The notes under the pieces: model-generated
Databases searched by the model: none
Seen by the model: the letters and a program-made list of their open reading frames with translations, nothing else
What the model was told of the DNA's origin: nothing
Translations under genes and position numbers: made by a program
Assembly: GCA_903877885.1 (NCBI GenBank)
Contig: CAIRFN010000004.1
Coordinates: 19,869-83,868 of the forward strand
Direction: 5' to 3'
Length of the DNA stretch: 64,000 bases
DNA from: an uncultured Candidatus Berkelbacteria bacterium
GTDB taxonomy: Bacteria > Patescibacteriota > UBA1384 > UBA12157
Part shown: positions 29,645 to 40,057 of the stretch, in pieces
Numbering within the stretch: the stretch's first letter is position 1
How the letters are laid out: every line of letters starts with the position of its first letter

Positions 29645-30364
29645 TTAGTACGAGTTGGAGATATCTTTAAAATTATTATAGGCAAGCGTGCCTTGCCAAT
29701 CTTTTGGTAAAATCTCGGCCGGTAAGTGCGGGTCGCGCTCAAAAATTTCGGCAAAACGTTGCTCGAGAATTTTAGCTTGGAGTGGCCAAAGTCGGGCGTG
29801 ACGTTGAATCCGTTGAGTTGCCTTAATAAAACTTTCGTAATCTTTGTTGATTTTTTCAATTGGCCAATATTTGGTCATATTTTTTTCTTCATCAAATTTT
29901 TCAGTGGTAAAAAGCGAGACATTTTGGCGAATACCCAAATGGTTGGTTAGCCGATCAATCAGATTCAAAAGGGGATAAGCGGAAATGTAAGCGCCGCGGT
30001 GAAGATTGCCAAAACCGAGGCGAGCGAGAGCGTCAACTAATTGTAGGCGATACTTGCGATCGGATTGATCTAAATCAAACAAAACCACTCGCCATTTACT
30101 GTCCCAAGGTCCAAATTTTTTGAAGGCCAGTCGTGTCTTAATTTCCAATTTTCCTTTAGTCGACAAGATCGGATAGGGTTTTCGATAACGCAAGCGAAAG
30201 GTAATTAAGCCTTCTTTTTTGAGTAAAGAAAATTCTTTGCGCAAAGTGGTAATCTCGTGGGCCAGACCGACTTTGGTAAAATCGAGCGAAACTTTTTCAT
30301 AGGAAAAACGGCTATCTAAAACATAGCCAATATAGGTCAGCAAATTGTTTCTTAAATTTTGCAC
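29645..30364 (-). CDS. PaaX-family transcriptional regulator
   Basis: WDSKWRVVLFD...L..LGFG and DPHLPAEILPKDWQG PaaX C-terminal motif. Confidence 0.85.
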   Translation of the reverse strand: MQNLRNNLLTYIGYVLDSRFSYEKVSLDFTKVGLAHEITTLRKEFSLLKKEGLITFRLRYRKPYPILSTKGKLEIKTRLAFKKFGPWDSKWRVVLFDLDQSDRKYRLQLVDALARLGFGNLHRGAYISAYPLLNLIDRLTNHLGIRQNVSLFTTEKFDEEKNMTKYWPIEKINKDYESFIKATQRIQRHARLWPLQAKILEQRFAEIFERDPHLPAEILPKDWQGTLAYNNFKDISNSY

Positions 30365-30432
30365 AATTTAATTTTACTACTTACGAGAACGAAAAGCAAA
30401 AAATGAGTAAGAAACATAATACAAACTCAATT

Positions 30433-31278
30433 TTAGATTTCGATTTTCATACCGTCAAAAGCAACATCGATATTTAAGTTTGGATTTTTTTCTACTTCTT
30501 TAATCAATAAATCATGATCGCCGTCAATTGTTTTATGTCGTGAACCATCAATATGGGTGATTATTACTTTTTTTGGTTGTAACTTTTCTATTTCCAAAAT
30601 ATTTTCTTCAAAACTGGCATGATCATGCCAATAATGGTTTTTTGGCAAAGTTTCTCTTAGTTGGGTTTTCCCATCCCAACCTTTTTCCATAATCAAAAGA
30701 TCTAAATTATTGTAATAACCATCAACTTTCCAATCAAAAATCGAACAAGGTGCGTAAAAAACTTTTTTATTTTTTTCTTCAATTAAATAACCGTATCTAG
30801 TACGATCAGCTCGTTTAAAATCAATTGGTGTAATTATAATCGGTCCAAAAGCAATCGGTAATCGATCATTAGTCTTAACAATACTAATAAAGCCCATCAT
30901 TTCAAAATATTTTAAAGCAGGCAATCTGTCCATAAATTCTTCATAAGCATTTTCTGGAATATAAACTTTGATTGGGTCTGGCTTTTGTTCTTCAGGATAA
31001 ACTGATTGAATTTGTTCAAATATTCTTAAGCCTTGAGTATGGTCAGGATGCCAATGAGTATAAAAAACATGTTTAATTGATTGAATTTTTTCTCGCTCGA
31101 TTTGAATTCTTGTTTCTTCTGGAGTATCAAATAAAATTGCCTCATCTTCTAAAAATAAAGATGGACCTGTCCGAGTATAAGGAATTCCTTTGTCTCGGGA
31201 TTTTTCGCAATTTCTACAATGGCAAAGCGGTCTAGGAATTGCCTCACAACCGCCTGAGCCTAAAATAATTAACTTCAT
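30433..31278 (-). CDS. Metallo-beta-lactamase-fold hydrolase (PhnP-like)
   Basis: ILGSGG, CHCRNC zinc motif, THWHPDH. Confidence 0.85.
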   Translation of the reverse strand: MKLIILGSGGCEAIPRPLCHCRNCEKSRDKGIPYTRTGPSLFLEDEAILFDTPEETRIQIEREKIQSIKHVFYTHWHPDHTQGLRIFEQIQSVYPEEQKPDPIKVYIPENAYEEFMDRLPALKYFEMMGFISIVKTNDRLPIAFGPIIITPIDFKRADRTRYGYLIEEKNKKVFYAPCSIFDWKVDGYYNNLDLLIMEKGWDGKTQLRETLPKNHYWHDHASFEENILEIEKLQPKKVIITHIDGSRHKTIDGDHDLLIKEVEKNPNLNIDVAFDGMKIEI

Positions 31279-31279
31279 A

Positions 31280-32566
31280 TTACGGTCTCAATCTTTTAAC
31301 ATCTCTTGGAAAAAGGACAGCCTCTTTAACACTACCCAGACCTAAGATCAGTTGGATGATGCGTTCCGAACCAAGTCCCCAACCACCGTGTGGTGGCATG
31401 GCGAATTTGAAGGTGTTCAAATAAAATTCCATGCCGGCTGGCTTAACGCCTTTGGCTTTCATGTTTTCTAGAAGCATTTCATATTCATGAATGCGTTGTG
31501 AGCCGGTGGCAATTTCCACACCTTTGAAGAGCAAGTCAAAACCTTCAGTTTCATTTTGGTCTTTGTCCGATGGCATGGTGTAAAACGGTTTGTCTTTCCA
31601 ATAATAATTGGTCACAAAAACAAAATCCGAGTTATGTTCTTCTTTAGCCCAACGACCGGCTAGACGTTCGCCTTCCGGATCAATGTCAGTCGATTCTGGA
31701 ATAGTATAATCATATTTTTCTTTAACCAATTTTTTCAGATCCGCTAATTTAATCGCAGGGATTTTAGCTGGCACTTCGGGAATTTCCACGTTGTAAAGTT
31801 TAGCATATTCTTCGCCATTGGTTCTTAAATGATCAAAAACACCTTTGATGGCTAAATTGAGCATTTTCATCACATCTTCATAGCTTTTGATAAAACCCAT
31901 TTCAGCGTCGAGCGAAACATATTCGTTGACATGGCGAGTGGTAAAATGCGGTTCGGCGCGAAAAACCGTGCCGATTTCAAAAACGCGTTCAAAAACGCCA
32001 ACCATAATCTGTTTGTAAAATTGTGGGCTTTGGGCCAAAAAGGCTTCTTTGTCAAAATAGTTAATCTTAAAAAAGTTGGCGCCGCCCTCGCTGGCTGCTT
32101 CCAAAATTTTCGGTGTTTTAATTTCGGTAAAACCTTCGGCTCGCATGGTTTTTTCATAGCCTTCCAAAAGCAAATCATAAAGTTTAAAAATCGCTTGAGT
32201 TTTAGGGTGACGCAGTGAAGTGGTGCGCAAATCTAACAGAGTATTAAGTTGCAAATTTAAATCTTTGCCAGCAAAGTCATAGGGAAGTTCTTCGAGGTTG
32301 GCCGAAATTGTTTCCAACTTTTCACCACCTACTTCCACACCATTTTTGGCTCTGGAATCTTCTTTAACTTTACCTTCAATTTTTACAACTTCGCCGATGC
32401 CGACTTTGGTTTCGGTTTCAAAAACGACTTGAACAGCGCCAGAGTAATCTTGAACCACGACAAAAAGAATTGCGGCGCCAAGCTTTCGAATATTCAAGAC
32501 CCGTCCGCTAATTTCCACATCTTGCCCAACTTTTTCTTTAAGATTTTTGATCAATGTCCTGGCCAT
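31280..32566 (-). CDS. aspS: Aspartate--tRNA(Asp/Asn) ligase, archaeal-type non-discriminating
   Basis: 428 aa with no GAD insert; LAQSPQFYKQ, FRAE, PPHGG.GLG.ER, FPRD. Confidence 0.93.
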   Translation of the reverse strand: MARTLIKNLKEKVGQDVEISGRVLNIRKLGAAILFVVVQDYSGAVQVVFETETKVGIGEVVKIEGKVKEDSRAKNGVEVGGEKLETISANLEELPYDFAGKDLNLQLNTLLDLRTTSLRHPKTQAIFKLYDLLLEGYEKTMRAEGFTEIKTPKILEAASEGGANFFKINYFDKEAFLAQSPQFYKQIMVGVFERVFEIGTVFRAEPHFTTRHVNEYVSLDAEMGFIKSYEDVMKMLNLAIKGVFDHLRTNGEEYAKLYNVEIPEVPAKIPAIKLADLKKLVKEKYDYTIPESTDIDPEGERLAGRWAKEEHNSDFVFVTNYYWKDKPFYTMPSDKDQNETEGFDLLFKGVEIATGSQRIHEYEMLLENMKAKGVKPAGMEFYLNTFKFAMPPHGGWGLGSERIIQLILGLGSVKEAVLFPRDVKRLRP

Positions 32567-32640
32567 ATAGACTCCTAAAACTAGTTATTTTCTTTCTAAA
32601 TAATACACCAAATACTAACTGATTGAAAGAGGAAACCACG

Positions 32641-32670
32641 TTACCACCTCCAAGGTGGCAACATATGGTT
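32641..32670. repeat. REP-like palindrome, copy 2
   Basis: TTACCACCT-cca-AGGTGGCAA-CATATGGTT; matches 7624-7653. Confidence 0.7.
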
Positions 32671-32767
32671 GAAGTCTTGAGAAAAAAGGTATATAATAAT
32701 GCCAGCTTGTTGAGCTTAGCTTTAGCTCTGATCTCGGCGAGTGAATCTTAACAAAAGGGGAACGTTG

Positions 32768-34387
32768 ATGAAGACTCGCGTCCTGTTTTTGGCGTTGGTG
32801 CTGATTTTCAGTATCAATCTTGTTCTGGCTGATCCGGAGATTCAAGTTTATCGGTTCCAAAATAATGGTTGGGTTCGTGATGAAGCTAAATGGCAAAAAG
32901 GCCGAATTAGTTTTTTAATTCATGGTTATCCAATTATTGATGACGGAAATAATCGCGAAGGTTTAAAAAATCTAGCGATTCATTTCGCTGAAGAACGCAA
33001 GTTTAATGATCAAACTATTCCAGCCTATGACGCAATTTATGCGGCAGAATATCCAAAAGGATATCATATTTTGGAAACCGCAAAAGTTGTAGCTGATATT
33101 GTAAATAATCGGTGTGGTAATTTGCCGAATGATGTAAAAATCGATGTTTTTGCCCATAGTATGGGTGGATTAATTGCTCGAACGGCAATTGGTTGCTCGG
33201 AAGAGGTTTTAGGTACAAAGAATATAGGCAACCGAGTTGCCCATTTGGTGATGATGGGGACGCCGCAATATGGTTTCTATGAAATCGAGGTAGCAAAATT
33301 CGCGCTCGGAAATTCCGATGATGTGGCTGATATGAACGCTTCCGGTGATTTTTTAAATAAGATCGTAAATAATGCGGAAGTATCCAGGGCCAAAAATGTC
33401 GATAGTTACATGGTAATCGGAACATGTTCTTTTAAACCGAAATTGTTTATGAATGGGTTAAAGCGAATCGCTGATAAACTAGAAAAAGTTCATGACGGTT
33501 TGGTTGGCCTGAATTCCTCTAGTTACGATCTTTCTATTTTTTATCGTTCATACAAAAACGTCAAATTAGAATTAAATCATGATTACACTAAAGACGATCC
33601 GCAAGTTTTTACCGCAATCGATCAATGGATGATTAAGGATAAATGGTTTAAAACAGAAATCAAACCGTTACAAATCGGAAAATACACAGGTGGTTTACCG
33701 GTAGTTGTCGGGAAATCAAGACAAGAAATAGTTAAGATATTTGGTAATAATTGTTTGCGTAAACAGCCATCAGGTTTTTTGGAATATAGTCCGAATGCTA
33801 GTAATATTCAAGGAACAACAGAGTGGTTTTATGTCGAAAGTTTAGTTAAAGATTGTTGTTTTACGGTTTATTTTACTACTTATGGCGCTGACTTAGGTTC
33901 TACTGATTCAATTAAAAAGTATATAACTGATCGAGCTGAGGCGATAAATTATAGCAATATATATAAAAACCGATATGGTCATATCCTGCCATGTTGTCCT
34001 CAAGAAGTTGTGCCAAAAGAAATTTTAGAACAAAAACCTGAAGAAATTTGCTGGGAAAACTATGGAGATTTTGGAGTAGTAGTTGTTTGGAGATATTGCG
34101 GTAACACTTTTGTTTTAGGAGTAAAAGACACACGTCGAAATTTGGTAGATGTAATTAGACCTGAAGATGATGCGAATTTCAAAGTTAGAAAAAATAAAAA
34201 TACAGATGATTTCCGTAATGCCGACAAAGTCTTTTTCTTTATTCAAATTAGCGGTATTGTAAATTTGTTTAACGAAAAAGAAACATGGGATAATCCATCT
34301 GCTTGTCTTTGTAATGACGAAGTAAAATTTGAAGATTGCGGCAAAGTAGTGGAGATCTCGCGATGTTTCTATCGTTTTACTAAATAA
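32768..34387 (+). CDS. Secreted alpha/beta-hydrolase (lipase/esterase-like) with a Cys-rich C-terminal domain of unknown function
   Basis: Signal peptide, LIHG oxyanion motif, AHSMGG nucleophile elbow, GTP, HDGLV. Confidence 0.75.
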   Translation: MKTRVLFLALVLIFSINLVLADPEIQVYRFQNNGWVRDEAKWQKGRISFLIHGYPIIDDGNNREGLKNLAIHFAEERKFNDQTIPAYDAIYAAEYPKGYHILETAKVVADIVNNRCGNLPNDVKIDVFAHSMGGLIARTAIGCSEEVLGTKNIGNRVAHLVMMGTPQYGFYEIEVAKFALGNSDDVADMNASGDFLNKIVNNAEVSRAKNVDSYMVIGTCSFKPKLFMNGLKRIADKLEKVHDGLVGLNSSSYDLSIFYRSYKNVKLELNHDYTKDDPQVFTAIDQWMIKDKWFKTEIKPLQIGKYTGGLPVVVGKSRQEIVKIFGNNCLRKQPSGFLEYSPNASNIQGTTEWFYVESLVKDCCFTVYFTTYGADLGSTDSIKKYITDRAEAINYSNIYKNRYGHILPCCPQEVVPKEILEQKPEEICWENYGDFGVVVVWRYCGNTFVLGVKDTRRNLVDVIRPEDDANFKVRKNKNTDDFRNADKVFFFIQISGIVNLFNEKETWDNPSACLCNDEVKFEDCGKVVEISRCFYRFTK

Positions 34388-34441
34388 TAATAAACAACAC
34401 AGTGTTCGTTTTTTAAACGGGCACTTTTTTTATTTCAATTT

Positions 34442-35767
34442 TTATTCCAACATTTTCTTCACGGTGTCGATTAAACCATCGAAATTGGTTTCGATCTGCT
34501 CGTTCTCGCCGAATTTTTCGGTCATTTTTTTGACTGTGTAAATATCTTTGGCAACTTGGTCGGCAAAAGTGATAACGCAAACCGGAACGGCTAATTTATT
34601 AGCATAAGTTAGTTGCGGCCCGAGCGCAGATTTTCCACCCAAATAGATTTCGGTTTTAATGTTGTTTTCTCTTAAAATTTGAGCGATTTTGACCGAATCA
34701 GTTGGGTTTTCCTCAAAAACCGTGACTAAAACCTGGGTTCCATCGGTAACTTTTGGCAGTAATTCCAATTTTTCCATGGCGGCAAAAAGGCGATCGACTC
34801 CTAAAGAAACGCCGACGGCCGGCACGTTGGTGCCAATAAAATAACCAATCAATTCATCATAGCGGCCGCCGGAAAAAACTGAACCAAATTCTGGGGCATC
34901 GAGCAGGATGGTTTCATAAACAATGCCAGTGTAATAGTCGAGGCCGCGAGCAATCGAAAGATCAATTTTAATTATATCCATATCGACTTCGGCTGCTTGA
35001 AGATAATTAACAGTTTCCTCTAATTCTTCAGTTCCTTCTAAACCGATTGAATTATCAACAAAAATTTCTTTGAGTTTAGCAATGATTTGGGAGTTAATGC
35101 CTTTGGTTTTAACAAACTCCAAGATTTTTTCAGTTTGGCTAGCGCTTAAAATATCCAACAACGATTTTTCAAAATCTTCGGCTGAGATTTTTTCAATCTT
35201 GTCGATCAGCTGAAAAACTTTAGTTGAATCATCTTTATCGATTTTTGCCCACTCAATTAGACCGTTTAAAACTTTGCGATTATTAATTCGAATATTAAAT
35301 TTGGCAATGCCTAAACTTTGCATCGATGTACTAATTAAGTTAACCATTTCACTATCAGCTAAGGTTGAAGAAGACCCGGCGACATCAACATCGAACTGAT
35401 AAAATTCGCGATAGCGGCCAGCCTGCGGGCTGTCCGCACGCCAAACCGGCGCCACCTGATAGCGCTTGAACGGTTTAACTAATTCCGGATATTGGGCAAT
35501 CACCCTGGCAAATGGCACGGTTAAATCGTAGCGCATACTAACGTCGCGCTCGCCTTGATCCTTGAAGCGATACATTAAGCGTTTGGCTTCCTCGCCATAT
35601 TTACCGAGCAAAATATCGGAAAATTCCAAAACTGGCGTTTCGAGCGGTGAAAAGCCAAAAGATTCATAAACTGATTTGACTTGGTTGATCATCCAATCGC
35701 GTTGTCTTTTTTTCTCTGGCAAAAAGTCACGAAAACCTTGCAAAAGTCGGGGATTGATTTTATCCAT
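34442..35767 (-). CDS. hisS: Histidine--tRNA ligase
   Basis: RYDLTVP, GRYREFYQ, ARGLDYYTG, GGRYD. Confidence 0.97.
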   Translation of the reverse strand: MDKINPRLLQGFRDFLPEKKRQRDWMINQVKSVYESFGFSPLETPVLEFSDILLGKYGEEAKRLMYRFKDQGERDVSMRYDLTVPFARVIAQYPELVKPFKRYQVAPVWRADSPQAGRYREFYQFDVDVAGSSSTLADSEMVNLISTSMQSLGIAKFNIRINNRKVLNGLIEWAKIDKDDSTKVFQLIDKIEKISAEDFEKSLLDILSASQTEKILEFVKTKGINSQIIAKLKEIFVDNSIGLEGTEELEETVNYLQAAEVDMDIIKIDLSIARGLDYYTGIVYETILLDAPEFGSVFSGGRYDELIGYFIGTNVPAVGVSLGVDRLFAAMEKLELLPKVTDGTQVLVTVFEENPTDSVKIAQILRENNIKTEIYLGGKSALGPQLTYANKLAVPVCVITFADQVAKDIYTVKKMTEKFGENEQIETNFDGLIDTVKKMLE

Positions 35768-35896
35768 ATTTTATCTTTCTAGTTTGTTAATAATACCTTA
35801 ATATTACTCTTGAATAGTCAAATCGGCAAGAAGCATTGACAGAACAATTATTTTAGAGTAATATTCGGTTAGAACTATTCCGAGAAGGAGGCTGTT

Positions 35897-36193
35897 ATGA
35901 CAGCGAAAAAGAAAGGTACGGGGTCAATGACCGTAGCCGAAGCCGGTCGCAAGGGCGGCACGAAGACTGCCAAAACTCATGGTCACGAGTTCTATGAGGA
36001 AATCGGCCGCAAGGGCGGGGTTAAAGTCAGGGATGAATATGGCGTGGCGTTTTACGAGGAGATTGGCCATAAAGGTGGTCAGAAGGTCAAGGATCTGATC
36101 GAAATGGGCAAGCGTGCTCAAGCCGCCGAAACCGAAGCCGATCGACGTCTGGCCGAGCGGGCCAAGGCTATCAAAAAGGGAGTCGGGAAATGA
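35897..36193 (+). CDS. KGG/Em-like (GsiB-type) stress protein
   Basis: Repeated EAGRKGG / FYEEIG(R/H)KGG. Confidence 0.85.
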   Translation: MTAKKKGTGSMTVAEAGRKGGTKTAKTHGHEFYEEIGRKGGVKVRDEYGVAFYEEIGHKGGQKVKDLIEMGKRAQAAETEADRRLAERAKAIKKGVGK

Positions 36194-36390
36194 GCGAGAA
36201 GAAATCTGGTGGTCAAATGACTGTGGCCGAAGCGGGTCGCCGCGGCGGCAATGCAGTCAAGAAAAAATACGGCACGGCGTTTTACGAGGAAATTGGCCAT
36301 AAAGGCGGTCAAAAGGTTAAACGTCTGATCGAACAGGCCAAACGAATTGAGGCCGCCGAGAAGCGCGCCGCCGAAACGCCGTGGGACTAA
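36190..36390 (+). CDS. Second KGG/Em-like stress protein (paralog)
   Basis: MTVAEAGRRGG...FYEEIGHKGG; ATGA overlap. Confidence 0.85.
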   Translation: MSEKKSGGQMTVAEAGRRGGNAVKKKYGTAFYEEIGHKGGQKVKRLIEQAKRIEAAEKRAAETPWD

Positions 36391-36470
36391 CAACTAAATA
36401 TTGAACCAACCTCCACCTTAACCGGTGGTTTTTTAATGCCAAACTGGTAAAATATAGATAAAGGAGAAAT

Positions 36471-36863
36471 ATGCCTTATTTGCAAACACAAGTTACAACT
36501 CAAGCAATTATTAAAAATGAAATTGGTGAAATTTTATTATTAAGACGTAATAAACCTGGTGGCTGGTTTACCTTGCCAGGCGGCACGGTTGAGGAAGGGG
36601 AAACGGTTATTCAGGCCTTAGAACGAGAGATTCTCGAAGAAACTGGTTCGAAACTAAAAACTGCCAATCCTGTTTGGGTTTGGCAAAGTAACCATATCGG
36701 CAAAGATTTGTTAGGAATTGTTTTTAATGTTGCAGAAATTGTAAAAAAAGATACAAAAATTGAACTTACAGAAGAGCACGATAAATATCAATGGTTTAAA
36801 ATCGAGGATCTGATGGATGACGAATCAGTCGATCCTTATATCAAAAAACCAGAACTCTTTTAA
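36471..36863 (+). CDS. NUDIX hydrolase
   Basis: PGGTVEEGET...ALEREILEETG Nudix box. Confidence 0.92.
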   Translation: MPYLQTQVTTQAIIKNEIGEILLLRRNKPGGWFTLPGGTVEEGETVIQALEREILEETGSKLKTANPVWVWQSNHIGKDLLGIVFNVAEIVKKDTKIELTEEHDKYQWFKIEDLMDDESVDPYIKKPELF

Positions 36864-36921
36864 TCAAATGAAAAATATGTTTAAATAGAGTAAATAAAAT
36901 TTTAATAGATCGGAAATAATA

Positions 36922-37713
36922 ATGATTATTGATTCGCATTTACATTTAACCAAGATGACTGAAAATGAAACGCATGAAGATGCGCTTGTTTTGCTGAAAG
37001 AAAATATGGTTAAAAATAATATTGATAAGGCGATTATTATTGCGGATAACATCATTGGTTCCGATTGTGCTGATACAGATACTCTTCTTAAACTTTTAAA
37101 AACAGAAAATAATTTTTACATGGTCGGTTCGTTGCTAGTTTTAGATTATAGTCAGGCTGACTTAGATAAATTTGATAATCTTTTAAAAGAAAAGAAAATA
37201 ATTGCTCTTAAACTTTTCCCTGGTCATGATCCTTATTATCCAACTGATGCTCGTTGCGAGCCAATTTATGAATTATGCCTCAAACATGATTGTCCGATAA
37301 TCATTCATACTGGAATTAATATTGGTGATGAAGATTGTGCCAAATATAATGATCCAAAACATATTGTTGAGGTAGCTAAAAAATATTCTAAATTAAAAAT
37401 AGTAATTGCTCATTATTTCTGGCCAAAAATGGAATATTGTCACGAAATCACTAAACCTTATGACAATATTCTTTTCGATACATCAGCCATGGCTGATATT
37501 GACGTTGTCGAAGCTACTGGCGGAATAGAAAAAGTTAAAAATATCTTAGAACAAACGATTAAAGAAAAACCAAATGGAGTAATGTTCGGAACCGATTATC
37601 CATGTTGCGAAATTAAACCACATGTTGATTTGATTAATTCTTCGAATATTTCACAAGAAGAAAAAGAAAAAGTTTTTTCTGGGAACTCAATCGAGGTGTT
37701 TAAAATTAAATAA
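36922..37713 (+). CDS. Amidohydrolase superfamily protein
   Basis: DSHLH, IHTG, IAH, FGTDYP. Confidence 0.88.
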   Translation: MIIDSHLHLTKMTENETHEDALVLLKENMVKNNIDKAIIIADNIIGSDCADTDTLLKLLKTENNFYMVGSLLVLDYSQADLDKFDNLLKEKKIIALKLFPGHDPYYPTDARCEPIYELCLKHDCPIIIHTGINIGDEDCAKYNDPKHIVEVAKKYSKLKIVIAHYFWPKMEYCHEITKPYDNILFDTSAMADIDVVEATGGIEKVKNILEQTIKEKPNGVMFGTDYPCCEIKPHVDLINSSNISQEEKEKVFSGNSIEVFKIK

Positions 37714-37878
37714 AATCATTGGTATTCGCCGATGGTTTATTTAGAAGAGGAGTGCTCTTTTAAAGAATACTAATTTTCGATTTGAAGGATATTTTGAGAA
37801 CCGTCCTCGGAGTTTTATAATTTTTTGTATTTAAAAACCGCTCGAAGATTCGGGCGGCAATAGTCTAAGAAATAATGA

Positions 37879-38604
37879 TTAGCTATTTAAATTTAATTCG
37901 TTGTCGCAAAGATATTTGGCAAGACTGACCAGATTGATTTGTGGGACGATTTTCACTTGCCCGATTGTTTTAATTTCAGCAATGTTTTGCGGCATTTTTG
38001 CAATTTGTGCTAAACATTCTTCTTTGCTAAAAAGAGGCTTCATGCGTGAGTCAAACTCGTCCAATATTCCGTCTTTGCCGGCTTTTTGAAAAAAATTCCT
38101 GTATAATGACGGTTGCTTAGGTATGAATTCAACCATTTTCTCCCAGTAAGGATAATTGTTTACGCTCCAGTGCGCATAATTTTCTGCGTAATCGGATGGG
38201 TTAAACCATATGTCTGTCAATGCGCCAACAGGGTTGTTATAGCCGAGTAGGTAATATTGGCTGTATCTGCAGCTATCTTCAGGAATTCTAAAAAATATTT
38301 CTTTCATGAAGAATTGTTCGGTAAAGCTATAAACAATCATTTGTGTCGGTGAGTTGATGGCAATTGCAATACCTGCTAAGTGGTCGTTTTGACAATGAGC
38401 ATCAAATTCGCCTTCATAATGAGCGTTGATGATAGGTTCTGAGCTATCATGATCTTCAGGAAGACGATTATTAGGATGAATATACCCATTTATGTATATT
38501 GGCAATTCTTTAGGAATAGGCTCATCGCTCGCATTTCGGAGTGTATTGTATAATTCCCGAATAGTTGTTTCAAAGATCTTCATTGCTTGTTCTGACGCTG
38601 TCAT
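37879..38604 (-). CDS. Hypothetical protein
   Basis: Long ORF with AGGAGGTG RBS; no recognised motif. Confidence 0.55.
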   Translation of the reverse strand: MTASEQAMKIFETTIRELYNTLRNASDEPIPKELPIYINGYIHPNNRLPEDHDSSEPIINAHYEGEFDAHCQNDHLAGIAIAINSPTQMIVYSFTEQFFMKEIFFRIPEDSCRYSQYYLLGYNNPVGALTDIWFNPSDYAENYAHWSVNNYPYWEKMVEFIPKQPSLYRNFFQKAGKDGILDEFDSRMKPLFSKEECLAQIAKMPQNIAEIKTIGQVKIVPQINLVSLAKYLCDNELNLNS

Positions 38605-38876
38605 AATGTGCACCTCCTGATAGGATAGCTTTATTTTAGCATAAGCCGAGAAAAAGTCAATAATAACAAAGAGTAACCGTATAATATTTGTTTCAAAATT
38701 TGTTACAAAGTGAGTATTGATATTGTCGATTATCTTTATGAAAAAGATAAAATCGTATTTTTTTGAGTTGGTAATAATAGATTATAAAAGTTTATATGCA
38801 TTGACAACATAAATAAAATACTATATTATTGAGTCCATCTGCTAGTCAGAGCATTTTAATAATGGAGGTTACGTTC

Positions 38877-39776
38877 ATGGTTGTCAGATTACCAAGCGCC
38901 AATCATTTTTTCAAAGGTACTAATGCCGACGAAAAAAACTATGCGAAGGAGTGTAAAAGATTGCTCCCAATAGTTGAAAAAGTATTTCAAAAATGGGTAA
39001 ATGAAATTCATCCTCAAAACAATGAAAAATTTATATATATATCTGTGAGTCAAATTCCTCTGCCACCTAGTGATGATTTTATTGGTATCTACCCAATTAG
39101 TGTATTGGATAGTGTGTTGGACAATAAGGGAAGAATCGGTCTATTAGCTATTTATAGAAAAGCTAAAGGTGAGTTTGGCTGGGAGTGTGCTATTTATCCA
39201 TCTAAAGAAAGTACAGTAAAAGAGCTAATTATTAAGACTAAAGTTGGTAATGCAAGCTTTATTAATTCAAGGATTAATAACTTAAGTCCAAAAATGGAAC
39301 AGTTTTTTACTGAAGCCAATCGAGTTAGTGAAGCTCTTATGCAATATGATACAATCGAATTATTTTTAGTCTCTCTGAGAAATTCAATCACTAGTGATGG
39401 GCTTATTCATGAAAGCGTTTTGCGGCAAAAATTGGTTGATTTCCATAAAAAATCTTTGAGAGCAATTACGATTGACAGATGTATCGCCTGGCTTTTGGAT
39501 GGTGGCATATTAAATGCAATCGAAGAAAATGGAAATTATAAATTTAAACCAATGGAATACTTCTTTTTGCTTTGTTATAAATATGATATCAAGGAAAAAG
39601 AAAATACTCAGATGAAACTGAACTTAGAATTAAAAAGGTTATTTTCTAAACGAGACAAAGCTTTAAAAGCCAAAAAAGATTTTCTGGAGGAGGCTGAAAA
39701 ACAATCAAGAATCGTTGATTCATTAGATATCGAGATTAACGATATTTCTAATAAGCTCACTGAAACCAATGATTGA
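38877..39776 (+). CDS. Hypothetical protein with C-terminal coiled coil
   Basis: Promoter TTGACA(38801)-17-TATTAT; GGAGG RBS before ATG 38877. Confidence 0.6.
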   Translation: MVVRLPSANHFFKGTNADEKNYAKECKRLLPIVEKVFQKWVNEIHPQNNEKFIYISVSQIPLPPSDDFIGIYPISVLDSVLDNKGRIGLLAIYRKAKGEFGWECAIYPSKESTVKELIIKTKVGNASFINSRINNLSPKMEQFFTEANRVSEALMQYDTIELFLVSLRNSITSDGLIHESVLRQKLVDFHKKSLRAITIDRCIAWLLDGGILNAIEENGNYKFKPMEYFFLLCYKYDIKEKENTQMKLNLELKRLFSKRDKALKAKKDFLEEAEKQSRIVDSLDIEINDISNKLTETND

Positions 39777-39941
39777 ATTATAAAAATGAGCGCCGCAATA
39801 TCTTTATAGTATGCCGAAGTGCGAGAATGAACGACTTCCTTAATTAATTCTTCGTTCTATTAAGTTGTTAGAGAATAAATTCCCTTGACAATTAATTTTA
39901 ATATAGTAGTATAAAGATAATCTAGGATCGATAATAGATGT

Positions 39942-40018
39942 TCCCCTGTAGCTCAGTTGGATAGAGCATCTGTCTTCGGAACAGAGTGTCGCAGGTTCGA
40001 ATCCTGTCAGGGGAACCA
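39942..40018 (+). tRNA. tRNA-Arg(TCG)
   Basis: Acceptor TCCCCTG/CAGGGGA, D-loop AGTTGGATA (A20), anticodon arm TCTGT-CTTCGGA-ACAGA, CCA. Confidence 0.93.
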
Positions 40019-40057
40019 ATCTATTCAAAATCCAAAACTCACTCAAATGCCGTACGT

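Noticed and set aside
29645-30364. Possible Cas2
   Set aside because: The Cas2-like central domain is part of a PaaX-family regulator; no array or other cas genes
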